From an uncultured delta proteobacterium (lineage in GTDB: Bacteria > Desulfobacterota > Desulfomonilia > UBA1062), in assembly GCA_963752595.1 (NCBI GenBank), contig CAVVYZ010000021.1:1-64000 (forward strand): DNA of 64,000 nt, in the 5' to 3' direction. This document shows, in pieces, positions 52,774-62,289 of this stretch; within the stretch, counting starts at the first letter, position 1; the number at the start of each line of letters is the position of its first letter. The notes beneath the pieces are model-generated. The model had not been told where the DNA came from and made no database searches. It saw only the letters and a list, made by a program, of their open reading frames with translations. Made by a program: the position numbers and the translations under genes.

Positions 52774-53655
52774 CTAATGACCTCCTAGACCGATGTCTCT
52801 GTGAATGAGTTTGCCGTTGTATCCGGATTCTTCAATTACTTTCATGATTTCCTCAGCAACCGCTACCGACCGATGTCTGCCGCCGGTGCACCCGATGGCG
52901 ATATTCAAATAAGACCTCCCCTCTTTTTTATAAAGCGGAAGGATTGAGTGTATAAGATCCTTGAAACGCCCGATAAAATCACGATAGCTCTCGTTCCGGG
53001 AGAGATACTCTTTCACCTCCGTATCAGAACCGGTCTTGTCCTTGAGAGCCTCGATAAAGTATGGATTGGGAAGGAATCTCACATCCATCACGATATCCGA
53101 ATCCACCGGGATGCCTTTTTTAAATCCGAACGAACGGATTTCGATATACATATCCCTTGTTTTATCCTTTGAGGATATGATCTGTTTTATTTTTGCCTGG
53201 AGCTCGTGCACATTCATTTCAGAGGTGTTGATAATATAGTCTGCCATATCCCTGACAGGCTCCATGATCTCGGCCTCTGCCTCGATCGCATCGAGCAGAT
53301 TGGGATAGAGTTCTGAGAGGGGATGCCTTCTCCTAGTCTCCTTGAACCGGTTCAAGAGATTGTCTTTGCTCGCCTCCAGAAACACGATTTGGACATCGGT
53401 AGCCATGTTCCTGAGCAGAGAAACCATCCAGGGAGCCCTTTCCGTAATAGAACCTGCACCGACCCGCACATCCATCCCGATGCAGACTTTCGGAATATCG
53501 AACGTGGCCGAGTCGTAGACCTCGATGAACTTCATGAGAAGGTCAATAGGTATATTATCCATGCAGAAGAAGCCTTCATCTTCGATCGCCTTGAGTGCGG
53601 TGGATTTCCCCGAGCCGGAAAGGCCTGTTACAACGACGATGAATGAATGATCCAT
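52774..53655 (-). CDS. rapZ: RNase adapter RapZ (YvcJ)
   Basis: TGLSGSGKS, ETRRRHPL, SFGFK.G, DVRFLPNP, GCTGGRHRSV. Confidence 0.96.
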   Translation of the reverse strand: MDHSFIVVVTGLSGSGKSTALKAIEDEGFFCMDNIPIDLLMKFIEVYDSATFDIPKVCIGMDVRVGAGSITERAPWMVSLLRNMATDVQIVFLEASKDNLLNRFKETRRRHPLSELYPNLLDAIEAEAEIMEPVRDMADYIINTSEMNVHELQAKIKQIISSKDKTRDMYIEIRSFGFKKGIPVDSDIVMDVRFLPNPYFIEALKDKTGSDTEVKEYLSRNESYRDFIGRFKDLIHSILPLYKKEGRSYLNIAIGCTGGRHRSVAVAEEIMKVIEESGYNGKLIHRDIGLGGH

Positions 53656-53781
53656 GCTGTCTCCCACCTGCGGTTCAGAACAAGTGCCGTCCTGCCCGAT
53701 ACCGATCTATTTTGGGGCCTTTGATGTCGTTCATGTATAGCGAGCCCGTACTCTTACGTGCTCCATATATCATAACAAATC

Positions 53782-53809
53782 ATTTTATAAAATTGAGTAC
53801 GGATGTCAA
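53782..53809 (-). promoter_or_regulatory. Putative sigma70 promoter for the rapZ-led operon
   Basis: Minus strand TTGACA-16 bp-TAAAAT; a second TTGACA lies at 53835-53840. Confidence 0.5.
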
Positions 53810-53923
53810 ACTAGATAGTATTCATTTAAATACGTGTCAATGTACTAATTCCTCTTCTTTTCCCCCATGAAAGGAGACTAAAGAATTGATTGCATTCATC
53901 CGAGAGGGCTATGGAGGCCAGCA

Positions 53924-55543
53924 TTGAAGATACGGAAAAGTGAAGCAGATAAAGGACATACATCCATAAGCGGCAATACTTCCCTGCTCTTCGATAAAGG
54001 CACATGCATTACCTCATCCGACCATGAAAAGATCGCCCGCATGGAATCATCCCTCGAGGCTATCAGAGAAAATATCGATCAGGCCTATAATCATATATGC
54101 ATGGACCTTCCGGAAATAAACATGGAAATATACCGGACATTCCAACAGGCTTTCGATACCTTGGATTCCTTAAGCGCCCATGGATCCATAGGCAAGATCG
54201 AGAATGTGGTGGAAGGTATTGAAAATCTGTTACAGAACCTTCTCCTCCGCATAAAGCACCTGAAAAGTTATGATACACGGATCCTGGATGCATTGCAGCT
54301 CACAAGCCGGCATATGGAAGCTGCCCGGAACCTGATCGCAAAAGGATCATCGGATCAAACCATTGATCCCGGATTCCGGACGAGAATGATGAAGTTTGAA
54401 GAAAAAAAAGATGAGCTCATCCGAACCATCAAGACCATATTGGCACTCGAAGATGACTTCATTACCAAGATCGCTTCCTGTCTCGGCCAGGACATACGAT
54501 CCCTTGAATATACCCTGAGCAGTGCAGTGATTATTCTCAAGGACCTCATAACCCGGTCGAATTCCACGAAAGACCCGATTTTGAAGATCATGTCCGGCCT
54601 CCAGACCCATGACATCGTGAATCAGGATATCACGACGATATCCCTTGGGTTGAATAAGATTCTGACCTCAACTGAGAGGATAAATGAGAACCCGGATGAT
54701 ATCATGGGCCTCCTCATGTTTCAGGAGAAGGCGTCAAAGCTTTCACGGGATCTCATCGCACAGTTGATGAAGGTGATCCGCGATCATGGAAGCGATCTTG
54801 AAAAAGAGATCGAACGGATCGAAGACATGGTTTCCCAGGTCAAGGAAGATAAAGAAGCTATTGGTGGCTTTCTCCTCATGAATCAGAACGGGAAGTCGAC
54901 TTTCGACATCGTGATCGCAGAGGTCACGGAGATGTTCAATGATCTTGCCTCAAGGATAGAGAAGTTGAGCAAGGTCAAGGATTTCCAGCAGGCATCAACG
55001 AACCGTTTCCCAGCATCCTACAACGATCTGGAACAATACGTCACCACCTACGCATCAAGCCTCCTTCCTCCGGGAATGCTCGATTTAGTGATGAAGATGA
55101 TTTCTCCTCTGAAGTCGCAGGCACAGATGATGAGATATGGAACCGGATCGTCGGAGTTGAAGGAGAAATATAAAGACTTCCAGAAACAATCAGGCATCGC
55201 ATGCCTGAGCCTTGAGGAGATAAAAGACCTCCTCATAGGGTCGATAAAAGGTATTGATACCTATTCCGGCAGATGTATGAGTGCTATCACGAAATTCAGA
55301 CAGGACATCGGCAATCTCATGATGACCCTGGAGGGCAGTGAAAATATCCTCGAGGATCTCCGCTGCTTTTCCCTTTCCACAGCAAAGATCAGGGGAGACC
55401 TCATCAATGCTTCCGGAGGAGATCACTCAGAGACCTTCACTGTGGAATTGAACGACATACTGTACCGGCTGGAAAATCCACACAGCAATTCGCTCGCATC
55501 TATAACAGTTGAAGACAACAATGGCGGACTGACCCTTTTCTAA
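53924..55543 (+). CDS. Soluble coiled-coil chemotaxis-associated protein with a CheZ-like DxxxQ motif
   Basis: Heptad-rich; LQTHDIVNQ; C-terminal GLTLF; GGAGG RBS before TTG. Confidence 0.65.
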   Translation: MKIRKSEADKGHTSISGNTSLLFDKGTCITSSDHEKIARMESSLEAIRENIDQAYNHICMDLPEINMEIYRTFQQAFDTLDSLSAHGSIGKIENVVEGIENLLQNLLLRIKHLKSYDTRILDALQLTSRHMEAARNLIAKGSSDQTIDPGFRTRMMKFEEKKDELIRTIKTILALEDDFITKIASCLGQDIRSLEYTLSSAVIILKDLITRSNSTKDPILKIMSGLQTHDIVNQDITTISLGLNKILTSTERINENPDDIMGLLMFQEKASKLSRDLIAQLMKVIRDHGSDLEKEIERIEDMVSQVKEDKEAIGGFLLMNQNGKSTFDIVIAEVTEMFNDLASRIEKLSKVKDFQQASTNRFPASYNDLEQYVTTYASSLLPPGMLDLVMKMISPLKSQAQMMRYGTGSSELKEKYKDFQKQSGIACLSLEEIKDLLIGSIKGIDTYSGRCMSAITKFRQDIGNLMMTLEGSENILEDLRCFSLSTAKIRGDLINASGGDHSETFTVELNDILYRLENPHSNSLASITVEDNNGGLTLF

Positions 55544-55738
55544 CCTTAGGGGCTTGCACTGAAACGGATGAGACGTTCTCTCGTTCACCTTTTCCCTATC
55601 CCGGCAAAGGTATAACCTGGTCATTTTCTAAAATATGTGGTCCGTGAGCTTTTATATAAAGATCTTGTTTTGATTGTCCGATCTTAGGGTCAAGGGGATG
55701 GACCTATGGATACACGCAAGACGAAAAGGAGGATAACA

Positions 55739-56047
55739 ATGGAAGTTACCACAAGAAAGACCGAAGATGCCCTTATCGTAAAGGTATCCGGAGCCGTTGA
55801 CACCGAAGCCGCCGAGATACTCAGAACCGAGCTGGGCAAGGTGCTGAAACTGCACCCCAAAAAGGTTGTGATGGACTTGGGTCTTGTCCCAACCATGGGA
55901 TCTTCGGGCATCGGCAAAATCCTGATCTTTTTCAAAGGCCTTGACAGCAACAGCGCGAGTTTTGAGATCAAGGGGATTCACGAGAATCTCTACAATATAT
56001 TCAAGGCAGTGAAGCTGGATAAACTCTTCCCTATCTCCATGAGGTAG
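55739..56047 (+). CDS. STAS-domain anti-sigma-factor antagonist
   Basis: SG.VD, VVMDL..V..MGSSGIG, IFK...LDK.F. Confidence 0.88.
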   Translation: MEVTTRKTEDALIVKVSGAVDTEAAEILRTELGKVLKLHPKKVVMDLGLVPTMGSSGIGKILIFFKGLDSNSASFEIKGIHENLYNIFKAVKLDKLFPISMR

Positions 56048-56052
56048 CCCAT

Positions 56053-56346
56053 ATGGATATTAAGAAAGACTCCTCAGGCGCTCTCGTTTTTAAAGGGAAA
56101 ATGGTTGCCTCGGAGATTGAGTCGATTCACTCGAAGGTCGAGCCTTTGCTGGATGAAACTATTCTTGATACCGTGCTGGATTTATCCGGAGTTGACGACA
56201 TAGACATCTCCGGGTTGCAGTTCATCTTTTCTATAAAGAAGAGCGCTGAAAACGATGGAACCTTTCGGATCAGTGCGGTCAGCCCGCAGGTAAAGGAATG
56301 CATCATCCTTTCGGGATTCGAAACGATTTTCAAGGAGGTGGCCTGA
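56053..56346 (+). CDS. STAS-domain protein (chemotaxis type)
   Basis: LDLSGVDDIDISGLQ. Confidence 0.85.
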   Translation: MDIKKDSSGALVFKGKMVASEIESIHSKVEPLLDETILDTVLDLSGVDDIDISGLQFIFSIKKSAENDGTFRISAVSPQVKECIILSGFETIFKEVA

Positions 56347-56723
56347 TGAAGAGCAAGATACTCGTTGTCGATGATTCGGCCACTCTTCGAGCATCGGTCA
56401 ATTATACGCTCAAGGAAGCGGGGTTCGAGACAATCAATGCCGTCAATGGTGCCGACGGTCTGGAGAAGCTGAACCAGGCCATGAAGAACGGCGACAATAT
56501 CGGTATGATCATCAGTGATATCAACATGCCGGTAATGGACGGCATCACATTTATCGTCGAGGTAAAAAAGACTCCCTTCAAATATACTCCTATCCTTGTT
56601 CTCACCACAGAGTCGCAGGAAGATATGAAGATGAAAGGGAAAAAGGCCGGGGCTTCAGGTTGGCTCGTGAAACCGTTCAAACCCGAGCAACTCGTCTATG
56701 TAACAAAAAAGTTTATGAGGTAA
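56346..56723 (+). CDS. cheY: Chemotaxis response regulator CheY
   Basis: VVDDS, SDINMP.MDG, LTTES, GWLVKPF. Confidence 0.92.
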   Translation: MKSKILVVDDSATLRASVNYTLKEAGFETINAVNGADGLEKLNQAMKNGDNIGMIISDINMPVMDGITFIVEVKKTPFKYTPILVLTTESQEDMKMKGKKAGASGWLVKPFKPEQLVYVTKKFMR

Positions 56724-56726
56724 ATC

Positions 56727-58817
56727 ATGGCTATTGATGAACTGGTTCAGGTATTCCTTGAAGAGAGTGAGGACGAGATCAGGGAACTCGAAGCCGGCCT
56801 TATTAAGCTCGAGGAAGATCAGGATGATGAGAGCACCATTAATCGCGTATTCCGTGCAGCGCACACGATCAAAGGTTCTGCAGGCCTCGTGGGATTTGAC
56901 GACGTCAGCAATTTTACCCATAATATCGAAAATATCCTAGACAGGATACGCACCAAGGAATTGAGAATAACAAAAAAGCTCATTACAAACCTTCTTACTG
57001 CAACAGACCTGCTCAAGCGGCTGATCACTTCATCTTCCGAAGGTGAAGAAATCGACAGGGTTGAAATTGAAAACGTTACCATGGTTCTGAAACGCTTTAC
57101 CGGCGGAGCCAAACCGCCCGAAGATCCCCAGCAGACAAAGGCGAAAAGGGAACTTCAGCAAGAGGATCGTATCTTAAGCATCACTTTACGGTTCAAGCCC
57201 GATATCCTTTCGACCGGCCAGGACCCAGTCATGCTTATCAGAGAGCTGGCCGATAACGGTGAAATCATAGAAACCATTGCTTCAACCGATGCTATCCCGG
57301 ATTTCTATAACATCAACCCTACCACCTGCTATACGTGGTGGGAGGTAAAGCTGAAGACCAGCCGTCCTCTCTCGGACATCCAGAATATCTTCCTTTTTGT
57401 GATTGATGAGAACGATATCATCATTGAGGACATTTCAACACATTTCAAAGAGGGAGTGGATTTGAGCCTCGCAGAAATGCCCATAGGCGAGATCCTCGTC
57501 GAGCGTGGCATCGTGAAGCCCAGCGACCTCGAAGATGTCCTCAAGGAACACAAGACCACCGGCGAGGTCCTGGTAGAAAAAGGCAAGGCCCCGAAAGAAA
57601 TCGTTGAAAAAATGGCACTCGCCCAGTCCCAGAGCAGGAAGATAGCAAAGTCGGCCACCATCAGGGTAGATACGGATAAGCTCGACAAGCTGGTAAACCT
57701 TGTCGGGGAAATGGTTATCAGCGTTGCGCGCATGTCGCAGCTTGCAAGCGAGGTTGAAGATGCTGCCATGTTCCGCCCGCTCCAGGGTGCTTCGGCATCG
57801 CTCGAACGGATCTCCCGGGAACTCCAGGAACAGGTGATGCGAGTCCGTATGGTTCCTGTCGAAGGCACGTTCAACCGGTTCCGCCGTGTGGTTCGGGACC
57901 TCTCTTTCGAGATGGGCAAAAAAATCGAGATCAAGATGAGCGGTACCGACACCGAGCTGGACAAAAATGTCATCGAACAGATCGGCGACCCGCTGAAACA
58001 TATGATCAGGAACTCCATCGACCACGGGATCGAATCCCCTGAAGAGAGGAAACGCCTCGGCAAGGCTCCTGAAGGAACGATCTGGCTCAAAGCCTTCCAG
58101 CGGGAAGGCAATATTTTCATCGAGATCTCCGACGACGGAAAAGGGATAAACAAGGCAAAGGTTCTGGAAAAGGCAATCGAAAAAGGCCTTGTGGAGCCTA
58201 GCAGATCCTATTCAGACAAGGAGATCTTCGAAATGCTCTTCGCTCCAGGCCTCTCGACCGCCGACAAGGTAAGCGAGCTGTCCGGCAGGGGTGTCGGTAT
58301 GGATGTAGTCAGGAAGAATATCGAAGACCTTCACGGTTCTGTCGAGATTATTTCCGAGCCGGGGAAAGGCTCCACTTTCAGGATAAAGCTCCCGCTGACC
58401 CTCGCAATAATCGACGGCATGATGGTCAGGGTCGGGTCAGAAGTTCTCACCATCCCGCTTTCCGTCATAGACAAGTCTGTACGGCCCTCGCGCGCTGAGG
58501 TTAAAACCGTGGAGGGCAGAGGCGAACTCGTCGATATACGCGGTGATTACATCCCTCTGGTGAGGATCTATGAGCTCTTCAATATCCCATCGGAGAAGAC
58601 CGATCCGACCGACGCGCTGGTCGTCGTGCTCCAGAGTACGGACAGCCGCTTCGGAGTTCTGGTGGACGATGTGCTCGGCCAAACACAGGCAGTCATAAAG
58701 AGTATCGATAAAAACTTTAAGAAGATCGAAGGGACATCCGGTGCAACCATCCTGGGAAACGGCAGGGTATCGCTCATTCTCGATGTACACGGCATAGAGC
58801 GCATGGCGTTCAGCTGA
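56727..58817 (+). CDS. cheA: Chemotaxis histidine kinase CheA
   Basis: FRAAHTIKGS Hpt, IRVD..KLD.LVNLVGE, HMIRNSIDHGIE, SGRGVGMDVV, CheW domain. Confidence 0.98.
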   Translation: MAIDELVQVFLEESEDEIRELEAGLIKLEEDQDDESTINRVFRAAHTIKGSAGLVGFDDVSNFTHNIENILDRIRTKELRITKKLITNLLTATDLLKRLITSSSEGEEIDRVEIENVTMVLKRFTGGAKPPEDPQQTKAKRELQQEDRILSITLRFKPDILSTGQDPVMLIRELADNGEIIETIASTDAIPDFYNINPTTCYTWWEVKLKTSRPLSDIQNIFLFVIDENDIIIEDISTHFKEGVDLSLAEMPIGEILVERGIVKPSDLEDVLKEHKTTGEVLVEKGKAPKEIVEKMALAQSQSRKIAKSATIRVDTDKLDKLVNLVGEMVISVARMSQLASEVEDAAMFRPLQGASASLERISRELQEQVMRVRMVPVEGTFNRFRRVVRDLSFEMGKKIEIKMSGTDTELDKNVIEQIGDPLKHMIRNSIDHGIESPEERKRLGKAPEGTIWLKAFQREGNIFIEISDDGKGINKAKVLEKAIEKGLVEPSRSYSDKEIFEMLFAPGLSTADKVSELSGRGVGMDVVRKNIEDLHGSVEIISEPGKGSTFRIKLPLTLAIIDGMMVRVGSEVLTIPLSVIDKSVRPSRAEVKTVEGRGELVDIRGDYIPLVRIYELFNIPSEKTDPTDALVVVLQSTDSRFGVLVDDVLGQTQAVIKSIDKNFKKIEGTSGATILGNGRVSLILDVHGIERMAFS

Positions 58818-58845
58818 TGCACTCTATGTGGGGAGACTGAAGAAA

Positions 58846-58941
58846 ATGGAATGCAGCGTATGCCACTGGGGGAATTCGGTGAAGCAGCATGCGATTACAT
58901 GGATTCACAAATGCTTTAAAATAAAGAGGTATGTGCTATGA
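58846..58941 (+). CDS. Candidate 31-aa small protein with a CxxCH motif
   Basis: [31 protein letters not shown]; GGGAG upstream; stop overlaps the MCP start (ATGA). Confidence 0.3.
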   Translation: MECSVCHWGNSVKQHAITWIHKCFKIKRYVL

Positions 58942-60570
58942 GTATGAAAGTTAAATTACGGGGAAAGCTGACCGCTCTCAGTTTGGCTGCAGGGCTGATA
59001 CCACTGATCATATCCATCCTTTACCTGAGCCACAGCAGCACCGTCGTACTCGAGGATCAGGCCAAGGATTACTTGAAATCAAAGGTCGATGGTTTTGCGC
59101 GCATGGCTGCCGTCAGGTATTCATCCATTGAAGGAAACCTCGATATCATCAAAGAGCAGCTCACCAAGAGCCTCAAGGCTGATCTGGTCAAAGAGGCGCA
59201 CAAAGAAAAATATTACGATACGGGATATATGCTTATCTTTTCTTCTGATGGGACATGTGTCTCTCATCCCAAACCCGAATATATCGGCAACAAGAACCTC
59301 TACAGCACCTATGATTTTGTACGCGAAGGTGTAGGCAAGAAACAGGGTTTCTTTGAGTATAACTTCGACGGCAAGAACAAATGGGCCTACCTCTCCTATA
59401 ATAAGGACCTTGACTGGATCATGTGGTCCACTGCCGTTCAAGACGAAGTCTTGTCGCAGATCACCTCTGTGAAGAATCAGATGTATGTCTTCCTTTTGAT
59501 CATCACGATCATCGTGGCTGTTGCAGGCGGATTAGTCGCCCACCGGATTGCCCGTGTCGCTAATGACATCTCGGAAAAAATGAGGGATATCGCCCAGGGA
59601 GATGCGGATTTAACAGTGCGCCTCCCGGTGCTCTCAGACGATGAAGTCGGAGATATCTCCCATTGGTTCAACGAGTTCGTCAGCAAGCTAGAAGAAGTCA
59701 TCATGAATGTGAAGCTGGCTGCCGTTCAGGTGGACACTGCGACCCAGGAGGTTTCTTCAGGGACCCAGGGTCTCTCCCAGGCTACCCAGGAACAGGCTTC
59801 CGCCATCGAGGAGGTTGCAGCAACGATTGAGGAGATGGCCTCTTCCATCAAACAGAATGCATCCAATGCCTCACAGGGCAGGGAAAAGGCACAGGCCATG
59901 GTACGCAAGGCCAATGAGAGCGGAGAAGCATCACAGGAACTCGTCAAGGGTATGGGGGAGATCTCTGATGCCTCCAAAAAAGATCGGGGACATCATTGTC
60001 ACGGTCAACGAGGTCGCTTTCCAGACCAATCTCCTGGCCTTGAACGCCGCTGTTGAAGCCGCACGGGCCGGCGAGCACGGCAAGGGGTTCGCTGTTGTAG
60101 CTGAAGAAGTCCGCGCCTTGGCGCAGAGGTCCGCAGAAGCTGCCAAAGAGATTAAGAACCTTATCGAGGACACGGTAAGGAAGATAGGTGCAGGCGATGT
60201 GATGGTTAAAAAGTCCAGGGAATACCTCGAGGAGATAATCACCTATATAGAAGACCTCTCCCAGACTATGGATGAGATAGCCGCGGCATCATCCGAGCAG
60301 GCAAGCGGGGTGGATGAACTGAACAGGGCAGTGGCCCAGATCGATAATACCACCCAGCAGAATTCATCAACCGTAGAAGAGATTGCAAGTACTGCAGATA
60401 ATTTAAGTAATGAAGCAAAGGAATTGGCGGATACCGTAGGCCGCTTCAAAGTATCGGGAATCGATACGAGCGATGCAGTGAGCTTCGTAAAGAAGCCGCA
60501 ACCGGTACGCCGGCAGAGTCAGCGCGCTGTCTCGCCCCCATCCGCCAGCGACGATTTCGAGGAGTTCTAA
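58938..60570 (+). CDS. Methyl-accepting chemotaxis protein (Cache-HAMP-MA); one indel at the A6 tract near 59976
   Basis: ORFs 58938-60056 and 59815-60570 join; [29 protein letters not shown]; ends DDFEEF. Confidence 0.92.
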
Positions 60571-60612
60571 TCCACACCTGGCATGGGATAGAAAAAATAC
60601 GAGGAGCTTATT

Positions 60613-62277
60613 ATGAAGCTACAGTGGAAATTGAGAGAACGTCTTACAGCCCTTGTCCTTACGGCAGGTCTGGTTCCTCTTCTCATTGCGATCATTTATG
60701 TGGGGAACAGGAGCAGCACACTCCTTGAGAAGCAGGCACAGGACTACTTGAGAGCAAAGGTAGACGGTTTTGCTACCATGGTCCAGCTTCGATTCGAGTC
60801 TATCGAGGGAAACCTGGATATCATCAAGGACCAGTTGAAAAAGAATCTCGAAGATGAGCTCCTTAAGCAGGTCGCAAAGGAAAAATATTTCAAGTCCGGC
60901 TACCTTACTATTTACAAAACCGATGGCACCTGCATTTACCATCCGAAAGCCGAACTCCGGAACAGCATGAATTTTTACAACAATAATGAGTTCATCAGAG
61001 GAGCCATTGCAAAGAAGCAGGGATTTTTCAAATATACCCTCGATGGGTACGATAAGATATCATACCTTACCCCGATCAAGGGAACCGACTGGATCCTGTG
61101 GGGAGAGGCACCTGCAGGCGAGGTCCTTTCAGATGTCGATTACCTCAAGATGCAGATGTGGATCTTCTTCGGCATCATAGCCCTGTTCGTTGCTGTTACC
61201 AGCTCGATCTTTACCAAGAAGATCGCAAAAAGAGCACGGGATATTTCCTACCAACTGATGGATATAGCCCAGGGCGAAGCAGATCTTTCCGCCCGCCTCC
61301 CGGTTCTTTCGAATGACGAGATAGGTGACATCGGCCAGTGGTTCAATAAGTTCGTAGAAAATCTTGAAGATGTCATCACCAAGGTTAAAAACGCTGCTAT
61401 TCACGTGGACACTGCTACCCAGGAAGTAGCCTCAGGATCCCAGGGCCTCTCACAGGCAACCCAGCAGCAGGCGTCAGCCATCGAAGAGGTGGCGGCCACT
61501 ATCGAGGAAATGACCTCTTCGATCAAACAAAATGCATCCAATGCGGAACAGGGCAGAGAAAAAGCACAGTCCATGGTAAAAATGGCGAATGAGAGCGGAG
61601 ATGCATCGCAGGAGCTGGTCAAAGGCATGGGCGAAATATCCGACGCCTCACGGAAGATCGGGGACATCATCGTAACGGTCAATGAAGTCGCCTTCCAGAC
61701 CAACCTGCTTGCTCTGAACGCCGCTGTCGAGGCGGCACGGGCCGGCGAGCACGGCAAGGGTTTCGCTGTTGTAGCTGAAGAAGTCCGCGCACTTGCCCAG
61801 AGATCCGCAGAGGCCTCACGGCAGATCAAGGTCCTGATCGAGGATACCGTGAACAAGATCAATGCCGGTGACGAGATGGTAAAACACTCCGGGAAATCCC
61901 TTGAGCAGATCATCACCCATATCCAGGACCTCTCTCTGACCATGGAAGAAATCGCTGCAGCATCATCCGAACAGGCTACCGGCGTGGATGAGTTGAACAG
62001 AGCGGTATCGCAGATCGACAGCACCACCCAGCAGAACTCGGCAACGGTTGAAGAGCTCGCAAGCACTTCGGATAACTTGAGCAACGAGGCAAAAGACCTC
62101 GCTGATACCGTGGCACGGTTCAAGGTATCAAAAATGATGGAGACTCCTTCTGTTTCTGCGAAAGCAAAGAAACAGAACAAGCCGGCCTCTGCTTCCATGC
62201 AGAAAAAAGAGACGCGTTCAGCAGCAATCATGACAGCATCGAAATCTTCGCTGGAAGACGATTTCGAGGAATTTTAA
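60613..62277 (+). CDS. Methyl-accepting chemotaxis protein (Cache-HAMP-MA)
   Basis: Two TM helices, HAMP, hairpin-tip motif; ends DDFEEF. Confidence 0.96.
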   Translation: MKLQWKLRERLTALVLTAGLVPLLIAIIYVGNRSSTLLEKQAQDYLRAKVDGFATMVQLRFESIEGNLDIIKDQLKKNLEDELLKQVAKEKYFKSGYLTIYKTDGTCIYHPKAELRNSMNFYNNNEFIRGAIAKKQGFFKYTLDGYDKISYLTPIKGTDWILWGEAPAGEVLSDVDYLKMQMWIFFGIIALFVAVTSSIFTKKIAKRARDISYQLMDIAQGEADLSARLPVLSNDEIGDIGQWFNKFVENLEDVITKVKNAAIHVDTATQEVASGSQGLSQATQQQASAIEEVAATIEEMTSSIKQNASNAEQGREKAQSMVKMANESGDASQELVKGMGEISDASRKIGDIIVTVNEVAFQTNLLALNAAVEAARAGEHGKGFAVVAEEVRALAQRSAEASRQIKVLIEDTVNKINAGDEMVKHSGKSLEQIITHIQDLSLTMEEIAAASSEQATGVDELNRAVSQIDSTTQQNSATVEELASTSDNLSNEAKDLADTVARFKVSKMMETPSVSAKAKKQNKPASASMQKKETRSAAIMTASKSSLEDDFEEF

Positions 62278-62289
62278 AGGAGGTACTGA

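Noticed and set aside
59970-59985. Phase-variable switch in the first MCP (A6 tract)
   Set aside because: Tract is short; the paralog reads through at the same position; matches the homopolymer-error pattern
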